Virus record (IMG/VR): IMGVR_UViG_3300016471_000105 | Span: 1-24,499 of that record | Source of the DNA: a virus | Taxonomy: Duplodnaviria > Caudoviricetes | Strand: one strand, 5' to 3' | Length of the DNA stretch: 24,499 nt | In this document: positions 8,719 through 15,119 of the stretch, piece after piece | Layout of the letters: each line of letters starts with the position of its first letter | Numbering within the stretch: the stretch's first letter is position 1 | The notes under the pieces: generated by a model | The model's database searches: none | What the model saw: the letters and a program-made list of their open reading frames with translations, nothing else | What the model was told of the DNA's origin: nothing | Program-made: the position numbers and the translations under genes

Positions 8719-9407
8719 TCGGTAGGGAGACGGTAGTGCCTTGCTATCCCTGGTTCGTTTTTCCACAGCCATCTCGAGGCCTCCATAAGATTCTTTTGGT
8801 CGTTTCGACCTACGGTCTGTGACCCAGCATGATGCACATAAGACCTTGAAACGAAATGCCTAAAGTCTAATACCGTAAGTGTATGACAAAACACATTGTC
8901 TGAAAACCAATTGATCGGCGGGAACCTGACCTGACTGAAAGCCTCCTTTGAGACATAAGCAAATATCGGAGCGATCACAGAAACCTCCTTGATCGTGTCC
9001 TCCTCTGCCCATCTGATACCGTTTCTTGGCCCTGATTCGTACCGGATGTTTTGATCTGCCAAGATGAAGTCAGACCTACACCCAATAACGCCCAATTTAT
9101 GCCCTGCATCCTTCAGATGTTGGACATCCTCACAAAGCAGCCTGTAGGAATCTGGAGTCAAGCATATATCGTCGTTAGCGATGATGACTTCATCGTGGTA
9201 CTGGAAGGCATCGTCCATGACTTTGTTGTAAGCATCACCGAAGTTACTCTGCGAGTTGAGTACCCACCTGAAAACTCGTGGGTCCATTGTCTCGGACCGA
9301 CTCGACAGATAAACAGGCGCTTCTTTGGCGTATAGACTGATGCTCGACAGCGTGATTTCAAGGCTTGGCGATCCTGTCGTGCATATCAAAATCGGTAACT
9401 TTTTCAT
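8715..9407 (-). CDS. GT-A fold (GT2-like) glycosyltransferase
   Basis: N-terminal PILICT strand, IIANDDI DxD-type motif, WFSDN, VHHAGSQT; start moved to ATG 9407. Confidence 0.75.
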   Translation of the reverse strand: MKKLPILICTTGSPSLEITLSSISLYAKEAPVYLSSRSETMDPRVFRWVLNSQSNFGDAYNKVMDDAFQYHDEVIIANDDICLTPDSYRLLCEDVQHLKDAGHKLGVIGCRSDFILADQNIRYESGPRNGIRWAEEDTIKEVSVIAPIFAYVSKEAFSQVRFPPINWFSDNVFCHTLTVLDFRHFVSRSYVHHAGSQTVGRNDQKNLMEASRWLWKNEPGIARHYRLPTE

Positions 9408-10056
9408 ATCCATCCATTCTGTGGTGGGCAACCACCTGAAAGTATTCGTTGTTCATAAGCGGCTTGTTGCAAACATTAACCTCTAAACCATGTTCTGACG
9501 CGATGATCGGGAATGAGAGCTGATCTTGTAGGGTCCACTTCATCATCTCCTGCCACCATGCTTGGTTGGCTTTAGGATTGATGTAAGACCGCTTCCAACA
9601 GATAACACCGCCTGCAATAAGACCACCGTTCTCAGGCCATCCTAAGCCTCTGTAATGCTCGACCTGAGCCAAGATGGGCTGATCCCTGTACTTAGCCATG
9701 TCGTGGCACTCTTGGGCTTCTTGGTAGATACAAGTCCTCCAAGGATGTTGGAACGCTGCCATCGTATCTCCGGCTTGTTCGACCATATACTCCACAAACT
9801 TAGGGCTTGTGATCCGTATGGAACCGTCCACCCAGATCACATAGTCCTCATCGAACTCCAATTTGTCAGGGAAACACTTGAACCACTTTGCGTCCATCCT
9901 TGGGTCAACAAACTGTTTGGATGTGATGATCTGTTGCCAACCTTGGTTAGGTTTCGCTTCATCCGAAATCGCGTAAAAGTTCGTGGGTACAGACTGCCTG
10001 ACCGCGTAATGCAGCGGGTCGTAATTGTCAAAGATAGATGTGTAAACAGCAATCAC
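9358..10056 (-). CDS. DUF616 (TOD1/MUCI70-like) glycosyltransferase-like protein
   Basis: AVYTSIFDNYD, IWVDGS, FQHPWRTCIYQEA, QDQLSF motifs. Confidence 0.8.
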   Translation of the reverse strand: MIAVYTSIFDNYDPLHYAVRQSVPTNFYAISDEAKPNQGWQQIITSKQFVDPRMDAKWFKCFPDKLEFDEDYVIWVDGSIRITSPKFVEYMVEQAGDTMAAFQHPWRTCIYQEAQECHDMAKYRDQPILAQVEHYRGLGWPENGGLIAGGVICWKRSYINPKANQAWWQEMMKWTLQDQLSFPIIASEHGLEVNVCNKPLMNNEYFQVVAHHRMDGYEKVTDFDMHDRIAKP

Positions 10057-10235
10057 AAAAATCTTGAGTCTTTATTGGATTGGTAATCATCAATCATGCG
10101 GCTCTTGCTTGAACCGCCAAACTTACGCGTTGCAATTAGTTTGGCAGTTTCAAGTGGAATCTGTTTCGATAGCGCCCACTTTACAAAAGCCTGTTTTGCC
10201 TTGCCTGGCGGCAACTGATCCCATGACTTTTTCAT
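10053..10235 (-). CDS. Hypothetical protein
   Basis: 60 aa, ATG start, stop overlaps GTG start of DUF616 gene. Confidence 0.6.
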   Translation of the reverse strand: MKKSWDQLPPGKAKQAFVKWALSKQIPLETAKLIATRKFGGSSKSRMIDDYQSNKDSRFL

Positions 10236-10262
10236 TATGTTTTCGAATTGAAGGGCTAAATT

Positions 10263-10433
10263 TCAGAGCCGGTCATTGCTTGCATCTTGTTCTATTTTAG
10301 GCTCTGGTTCCCAGCCCTCGCATTCGCAGACATAACGATCGGCATTGTGCGAGGCATTACGATCAAACCCATGCGGCGCATCTGGATGTGGGTTACATTG
10401 CATTCTGTCAGTCATCTGGCGTTTTTTCATCAT
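10263..10433 (-). CDS. Hypothetical Cys/His protein, not in ORF track
   Basis: MMKKRQMTDRMQCNPHPDAPHGFDRNASHNADRYVCECEGWEPEPKIEQDASNDRL; GGAG RBS, ATGA overlap with upstream gene. Confidence 0.7.
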   Translation of the reverse strand: MMKKRQMTDRMQCNPHPDAPHGFDRNASHNADRYVCECEGWEPEPKIEQDASNDRL

Positions 10434-10693
10434 GTCTCCAAATTGAAGGGATTGTTGAACGAAACTTTTTGTCTGTTCAAAACCTTTGGTTTCTTGTTGA
10501 CAGACACATAGACAAATGAATATCGGTTAGCCAGGGACGAAGGCAAGCGTCTTTTCTCCCTCACAACTAACCCATCCGCGATAAGTTGTTTCAATGCTCG
10601 ATGCACCCATGACTCGCTGCGTTGAAAGATTTTACAAATCTGAGCCGTAGAAATCCCCGTTTTTCTAGTTTCCAAATAATCAAGTAACGTCAC
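10430..10693 (-). CDS. Winged helix-turn-helix DNA-binding protein
   Basis: ISTAQICKIFQRSESWVHRALKQLIADGLV; GTGA overlap with upstream ORF. Confidence 0.75.
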   Translation of the reverse strand: MTLLDYLETRKTGISTAQICKIFQRSESWVHRALKQLIADGLVVREKRRLPSSLANRYSFVYVSVNKKPKVLNRQKVSFNNPFNLET

Positions 10694-10854
10694 GCCATTT
10701 CCTTGTCCAAATCCATGTAAATCTGTTGAAGCGTCTTTTTTGACATCTCCAAATCTTCTAGTAGCACCCGCAGCTCATACGGCTGAACAGCAACCATATC
10801 ATCTCGCCTGCTCAGTTCCCAAAGCAACTTATAAACCCGTTCTTTCTCAGTCAT
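10690..10854 (-). CDS. Hypothetical protein (54 aa), not in ORF track
   Basis: MTEKERVYKLLWELSRRDDMVAVQPYELRVLLEDLEMSKKTLQQIYMDLDKEMA; GGAGGGG RBS, coupled at both ends. Confidence 0.7.
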   Translation of the reverse strand: MTEKERVYKLLWELSRRDDMVAVQPYELRVLLEDLEMSKKTLQQIYMDLDKEMA

Positions 10855-11576
10855 AACCCCTCCGTTAGCAATCTAAATGCTGTTGCTGCCACTGCTGGAA
10901 CTTGTCCATTGCCAATGGCTTTAAGTCTGTCCACTCTAGCGGCCACCCCATCATCGCCTCGCAAAAATTCGGCGGCATCTTCTTTGAGTTTGTTGCGGCC
11001 ACGAATACCTCCCCAAGATTTGACTCCCAATGTTTGTCGTTTCCAAGGTGACGTGAACTTGCATGTCGGGAATCTTGCGCTTTTGGGGTAGGCAACAACC
11101 CAGATTCTGTCCCTCTGATGCGGCGCTCCAACGTCGGCTGCTCCCAACACTCCCCATCTCGCATCAAACCCCATGCTGGCAAGGTCTGACAGGACTCGGT
11201 CAAGTCCTCTAGTAGTGAGCATTGGTGAGTTCTCAATGAATGCGTATCGGGGTCGTACTTCGCAAATGATCCTCGCCATTTCTCGCCACATTCCTGATCG
11301 CTCTCCATCAATCCCCGCTCCCTTTCCTGCTGCTGAGATGTCCTGGCAGGGAAATCCTCCAGATACGACATCAACAATGCCTCTCCACGGTTTTCCGTCA
11401 AAAGTCTGAACGTCATCCCAAATCGGGAAAGGCGGGAGAATCCCATCATTTTGTCGTTGCACAAGTACGCTTGCGGCGTAGGGTTCCCACTCGACTGCAC
11501 AGACGGTTCGCCATCCAAGCAAATGCCCTCCGAGTATTCCTCCACCAGCGCCTGCGAAAAGAGCCAGCTCATTCAC
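10851..11576 (-). CDS. dcm: C5 cytosine DNA methyltransferase, catalytic (alpha-like) chain
   Basis: Motif I LFAGAGG, IV GGFPCQDIS, VI ENS, VIII HQRDRIW, X AIGNGQVP; no recognisable motif IX. Confidence 0.92.
   Translation of the reverse strand: MNELALFAGAGGGILGGHLLGWRTVCAVEWEPYAASVLVQRQNDGILPPFPIWDDVQTFDGKPWRGIVDVVSGGFPCQDISAAGKGAGIDGERSGMWREMARIICEVRPRYAFIENSPMLTTRGLDRVLSDLASMGFDARWGVLGAADVGAPHQRDRIWVVAYPKSARFPTCKFTSPWKRQTLGVKSWGGIRGRNKLKEDAAEFLRGDDGVAARVDRLKAIGNGQVPAVAATAFRLLTEGL
10865..11572 (-). CDS. Nested +1-frame ORF, putative beta chain of the C5 methyltransferase
   Basis: 235 stop-free codons inside dcm; LPTP and motif IX-like PNFCEAMMGWPLEWT. Confidence 0.7.
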   Translation of the reverse strand: MSWLFSQALVEEYSEGICLDGEPSVQSSGNPTPQAYLCNDKMMGFSRLSRFGMTFRLLTENRGEALLMSYLEDFPARTSQQQERERGLMESDQECGEKWRGSFAKYDPDTHSLRTHQCSLLEDLTESCQTLPAWGLMRDGECWEQPTLERRIRGTESGLLPTPKAQDSRHASSRHLGNDKHWESNLGEVFVAATNSKKMPPNFCEAMMGWPLEWTDLKPLAMDKFQQWQQQHLDC

Positions 11577-11941
11577 GCCGCCCTCAGCTTTTCAGAAATC
11601 CTAGCCTTCCAAGAGTTCCAGTCCTCTCCTGGTCTCGCCGGACAATTTATCTTTGCTGCCATCTCAGCAGTACCCTTCTCTGTAGCCCACCACACCACAA
11701 CCTTATCTTGTGTAGGCGCAATCTCTAACTCATCTTCCCATCTTCCTTGGTTCAGCCAGGTGGCAGGGTGAGGAATAAACTCCTGCCCAGTTCCCTTCAC
11801 CTGGTAATACTTGTTGTGCGTCACTAGAGCCTCTACAGCAGACTTTTGCTCAGCAGGCGATAGTTTCGCCCATGCCTTCTGTGCAGCGCGTTTAGCGACC
11901 TTTCTTGGGTACTTACTCCAGAACTCTTCAAACATAAACAT
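11573..11941 (-). CDS. Replication initiator/replisome-organiser-like protein, C-terminal domain only
   Basis: FEEFWSKYPRKVAK..A.KAW and FIPHPATWLNQGRWEDE motifs; AGGAGG at 11946-11951 supports a start at 11941 or 11935, not 12181. Confidence 0.75.
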   Translation of the reverse strand: MFMFEEFWSKYPRKVAKRAAQKAWAKLSPAEQKSAVEALVTHNKYYQVKGTGQEFIPHPATWLNQGRWEDELEIAPTQDKVVVWWATEKGTAEMAAKINCPARPGEDWNSWKARISEKLRAA

Positions 11942-11944
11942 AAA

Positions 11945-12508
11945 ACCTCCTGTGTTGGAGTTTTTACTGTAGACCTTTTTTTGTTTGTTGAATGTCGCTG
12001 AGATGACATTGGGCGAAACCGGCAAACTTGCCTGTTGATAATGCCTGAGCCATTTTCTTGTGCTTATACCTAAGACTAGAGGTGGCAAAAGTGCCAGAAT
12101 AGGTATGTTCCTCGCAAAGACCCCCCTACCCCCAACGGGAGTAGAGAGAGATGGTTCCTCGGACGTTACCGCCATCCCCATGCTAGTTGCCTAGCCCCTC
12201 GGCTTGGGGATTCGACCAGCCGCTGGATTCTTACGGATTTGCACCGGCTCACAAACATCGTGGCTTACCAGTACCCTCTTCTTGTCAGCAGTCAGGTTAA
12301 CTCATTGCTTACGCGGACAGTACGGTCGGAACCAAAGAAAAACCCCAGAAACCTTAGGTTGGAGCGTTACCCTTGGCGAAGGCAGACTCAGGCGTTGAGA
12401 AGAAAGGAATTCCCCCTAAGGGAAACGCACATCATCTTTAACGCCCCAACCTAAAACATCTGGGGTTAGTTTCCTTTCCTCTCTGCAACGCCGGTTGCCA
12501 GCCGACAT
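11945..12508 (-). ncRNA. Candidate long structured leader/ncRNA (attenuator-like stem plus hairpin array plus G-tract)
   Basis: Many hairpins; in the two longest stems nearly all non-Watson-Crick positions are G-U pairs on the minus strand; lies downstream of an extended -10 element. Confidence 0.6.
12334..12467 (-). terminator. 29-bp long-range stem followed by UUUUUCUUU; conditional terminator/attenuator candidate
   Basis: Arms 12439-12467 and 12341-12369: 24 Watson-Crick + 4 G-U + 1 mismatch on minus strand. Confidence 0.55.
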
Positions 12509-12512
12509 CCGA

Positions 12513-12549
12513 ACTGTATCACAGAATTTTCACAAGTTTGTGACACAAT
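12513..12549. promoter_or_regulatory. Symmetric bidirectional promoter/operator
   Basis: 16-bp inverted repeat (12/16 match, 5-nt spacer) giving TGaTACAGT (minus) and TGaCACAAT (plus) extended -10-like elements; internal TCACAA-GT-TTGTGA palindrome. Confidence 0.55.
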
Positions 12550-12589
12550 CATCTCGCGTCATCCCGACGCTCAACCTGGAGTTTTTTTT

Positions 12590-12742
12590 ATGGAAACCTA
12601 CGCAATCGTTGAACTGTCTCAAGAAGAATTTGACCTCATTTTTGATTTCGTGGCTGAACAGCGTGTCGACTCGAATCTTGGAGACTTGTACAAGCGTCTT
12701 TTAGATGCACAGCTCGAAGCTGACGAAACTGACGAAGATTAA
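12590..12742 (+). CDS. Small highly acidic protein (50 aa), not in ORF track
   Basis: METYAIVELSQEEFDLIFDFVAEQRVDSNLGDLYKRLLDAQLEADETDED; GGAG RBS; stop overlaps convergent gene stop (TTAA). Confidence 0.75.
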   Translation: METYAIVELSQEEFDLIFDFVAEQRVDSNLGDLYKRLLDAQLEADETDED

Positions 12743-13089
12743 AACTCGAAGGTTTTACAGTCCCAACCGGTCACCAGCTCCCCCCATCCGTGAACCTGGA
12801 TCTTCCATCCAGCTCTAAGAATGACGGGGAGCACCTCGCTCTCTGAAATCTTCTTCACCCGCGCACTCATATTAGACCTGCTGGTTGTCTGAACCAGCAA
12901 AGTCTCTCCGTCCTTGATAGCAAGGATGTCCCCTATCCCAAATAGGTCCTGCCTGATCTTGGCCCAGGGATTCCAATGCTCGACTACTTGACAGAGATAA
13001 CCCTGCTCTCTCAGCAGAGCTAGAGACCTCTGAGTAGGGCTAACCGACGAACGGCGTTTTTTCTTGGTATCAGTGGCAGAGATTGTCAT
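12739..13089 (-). CDS. PD-(D/E)XK nuclease, Holliday-junction-resolvase (Hjc)-like
   Basis: LREQGYLC, DLFGIGDILAIK..ETLLVQTT pattern. Confidence 0.7.
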   Translation of the reverse strand: MTISATDTKKKRRSSVSPTQRSLALLREQGYLCQVVEHWNPWAKIRQDLFGIGDILAIKDGETLLVQTTSRSNMSARVKKISESEVLPVILRAGWKIQVHGWGELVTGWDCKTFEF

Positions 13090-13153
13090 CGCGGCGACAG
13101 TCTTAAAGGTTTTATTCGGTCAATATACACCCATGCAAACGAACTTATTAACC

Positions 13154-13163
13154 CGCTCTTCAA
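13154..13163 (+). promoter_or_regulatory. boxA-like antitermination element
   Basis: CGCTCTTCAA resembles lambda boxA CGCTCTTA; sits just ahead of the first RBS of the plus-strand operon. Confidence 0.4.
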
Positions 13164-13174
13164 AGGAGATTCAA

Positions 13175-13351
13175 ATGAGCGATTTCCAGGTTCTTCCCTT
13201 CGATTTCTCAGCAACCACGGTTACTTTCGTGGCTAACAACACAAACGCCAAAGACCGCATTTGCGGCGGAGTTTCCTGCGAAGTTCGCAAATCTGCTGCA
13301 CCAGAGTTTGCAGCAAAGCTTGAAGCTGAAGGCTTCACAGTTTCTTACTAA
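13175..13351 (+). CDS. Hypothetical early protein (58 aa)
   Basis: AAGGAG RBS before ATG 13175: MSDFQVLPFDFS... Confidence 0.75.
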   Translation: MSDFQVLPFDFSATTVTFVANNTNAKDRICGGVSCEVRKSAAPEFAAKLEAEGFTVSY

Positions 13352-13385
13352 TAAATTGGGGCTTCGGCCCGTACCAAGAGCAAAC

Positions 13386-13550
13386 ATGAAGATCGCACTT
13401 ACGGAAGAACAGGTAGCAAAAATCCTAGTCGAGTTCTTCGACAGGGAACATAACATCAAGATCGAGGCCACAGCGTTCTCCAAATCTTACTCTTACAGCT
13501 CGGATTTTTGCACCTTAGTCACTGACACGGAGAAAAAAAATGAACTATGA
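13386..13550 (+). CDS. Hypothetical protein (54 aa)
   Basis: ATG 13386 MKIALTEEQVAKILVEFF...; weak RBS. Confidence 0.65.
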   Translation: MKIALTEEQVAKILVEFFDREHNIKIEATAFSKSYSYSSDFCTLVTDTEKKNEL

Positions 13551-13671
13551 CTGGTTCTTAGAGCGCGAGTTGTATCGCCACAATTTTGAAAGGGAAAGAA
13601 ATGAAAGAATGCAAGAAGAGTTGGAACAACAGGAGTACGAACTTGGAGAAATGGAAACCGACGAGGAGTGA
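13540..13671 (+). CDS. Small acidic protein (43 aa), not in ORF track
   Basis: MNYDWFLERELYRHNFERERNERMQEELEQQEYELGEMETDEE; GGAG RBS. Confidence 0.65.
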   Translation: MNYDWFLERELYRHNFERERNERMQEELEQQEYELGEMETDEE

Positions 13672-13732
13672 TTGGTTGCTATGCGCAGCATTGGGAATTT
13701 ACTTCGGCGTGTTGATGTTCCTGTTTATCTGA
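13601..13732 (+). CDS. Small membrane protein (43 aa), not in ORF track
   Basis: MKECKKSWNNRSTNLEKWKPTRSDWLLCAALGIYFGVLMFLFI; C-terminal hydrophobic helix; ends at the ERF RBS. Confidence 0.55.
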   Translation: MKECKKSWNNRSTNLEKWKPTRSDWLLCAALGIYFGVLMFLFI

Positions 13733-13743
13733 AGGAGTCAAAA

Positions 13744-14397
13744 GTGCGAAAGATTTACGAAGCTATCTCAAAGGTTATGCTTTCGATTTCAAAGGAAGGC
13801 ATCTCAAAATCAAGAGTCAACGAAGGCCAAGGTTACAAGTTTAGAGGTATCGATGACGTTTACAATGCAATGGCTCCAATTCTTGCAGAGCACAAATTAT
13901 GCGTTCTGCCAAAGGTCACTGATCGGCAAGTAACCGAACGAATCAACAAACACGGCACTGCATTGTTCTATGTCACCGTGCATATGGACTTTACATTAGT
14001 CTCCGGCGAGGATGGTTCAAGCCACGTTATCTCGACGATTGGCGAGGCTATGGACTCCGGTGATAAAGCAACTAATAAAGCTATGTCAGCCGCTTATAAA
14101 TACGCGCTCATGCAAGCGTTTTGTATTCCAACCGAGGGAGATAACGATTCGGAAAGCCAGACGCATGAAGTGCGACCGACTCAACAAGAAGTAAAGAGTA
14201 AAGAAGGCCATCAGAAACTTGTTGAAGATCATGTCAGCAAGATCAAGAAAAGCAAGTCCATCGACGATCTGAAGGTGATCTTTGCGGCAGCCTACAAGGA
14301 GCTGAAGCACGATCCTGAAGCGATTAAAACTATCGACGAAGCAAAAGAAACTAAAAAAAAGAAACTGACAGAAGTCAATGAATCTGACAAAATTTGA
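13744..14397 (+). CDS. erf: ERF-family single-strand annealing protein
   Basis: GYKFRGIDDVYNA, GEAMDSGDKATNKAMSAAYKYALMQAFCIPT; AAGGAG RBS before GTG 13744. Confidence 0.88.
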   Translation: MRKIYEAISKVMLSISKEGISKSRVNEGQGYKFRGIDDVYNAMAPILAEHKLCVLPKVTDRQVTERINKHGTALFYVTVHMDFTLVSGEDGSSHVISTIGEAMDSGDKATNKAMSAAYKYALMQAFCIPTEGDNDSESQTHEVRPTQQEVKSKEGHQKLVEDHVSKIKKSKSIDDLKVIFAAAYKELKHDPEAIKTIDEAKETKKKKLTEVNESDKI

Positions 14398-14725
14398 AGA
14401 CGGTGTTCTCAACGAGATCCAAAACGACCGGTGCAAGAAATTGCTTTGGGCGGTGATTCAACTGGCAATCGACGATGCGTGTCGTGCTCCGTTTGTGACC
14501 AAACCCCAAAATGATTCGATCACGGCGATGAGGTTTTTGTTTTCTGAAAGCCTTGATGCCTACCTGATGTGGTTGGATGTTGACGCACAACGATTCAAGC
14601 AAAAATTGCTTGAGGCGATGTTTTCTGAAAAACATGACAAATTCCAAGACTCCGCTCGACGAGCGTTCAGAGCAAACTTTAAATGGTGCAAACGCAATGA
14701 GAGTGATTTTGACAACAGAGCATGA
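14378..14725 (+). CDS. Hypothetical phage protein
   Basis: 115 aa, overlaps both neighbours; LLWAVIQLAIDDA motif. Confidence 0.75.
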   Translation: MNLTKFEDGVLNEIQNDRCKKLLWAVIQLAIDDACRAPFVTKPQNDSITAMRFLFSESLDAYLMWLDVDAQRFKQKLLEAMFSEKHDKFQDSARRAFRANFKWCKRNESDFDNRA

Positions 14726-15119
14726 GCGCGTGAAAGTGATTGAGGCGATCAAACAAACCCCTCTGGGTTACATGGTTGCGATTACAAAACCACCCAGAAC
14801 CGTCGCTCAAAACCGGTTTTACTGGTCAATTCTTGCTGCTTGTTCAGAACAACTCTTGAACGGGCAGTACAGTCAGGACATCTGGCACGAATGGGCCAAA
14901 GTACGATTTCTCAAGACACGGGTTGTGGAGTTGCCTGGTGGTCATATCAAAGAGATCGAACCCTCCACCGCTTCTCTGACAGTTTCAGAGTTTTCCGACT
15001 TTGTGGAGCAACTTCTGCAATATGCTCTGGAAAAGGACTTAATCTGGACAGAAGAGATGAAGGATTGCGAATTGGACCTGAGGAACATTGACCGTGTACA
15101 GAGACACAAAACTCCTTGA
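14697..15119 (+). CDS. ninB: NinB/Orf-like recombination mediator
   Basis: RTVAQNRFYWSIL and STASLTVSEFSDFVEQL motifs; start moved to ATG 14697. Confidence 0.78.
   Translation: MRVILTTEHERVKVIEAIKQTPLGYMVAITKPPRTVAQNRFYWSILAACSEQLLNGQYSQDIWHEWAKVRFLKTRVVELPGGHIKEIEPSTASLTVSEFSDFVEQLLQYALEKDLIWTEEMKDCELDLRNIDRVQRHKTP

Noticed and set aside
11942-12181. 80-codon N-terminal extension of the rep-like ORF given in the ORF track
   Set aside because: No recognisable domain, runs through hairpins and the G-tract; strong AGGAGG supports the downstream start. Not fully excluded
12334-12467. tRNA gene (cloverleaf-like multiloop)
   Set aside because: No T-loop GTTCRA or D-loop consensus and the closing stem is far too long
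12204-12704. Plus-strand ORFs 12204-12398, 12239-12454 and 12495-12704
   Set aside because: TTG starts without convincing RBS; the region is better explained by RNA structure and the 12590-12742 ORF
13090-13150. Sigma70 promoters in the divergent gap
   Set aside because: Promoters are expected here, but I found no -35/-10 pair with acceptable spacing
14353-14361. A-AAA-AAG slippery site near the end of erf
   Set aside because: The -1 frame stops within about 7 codons and the next gene is in the +1 frame, so no meaningful fusion
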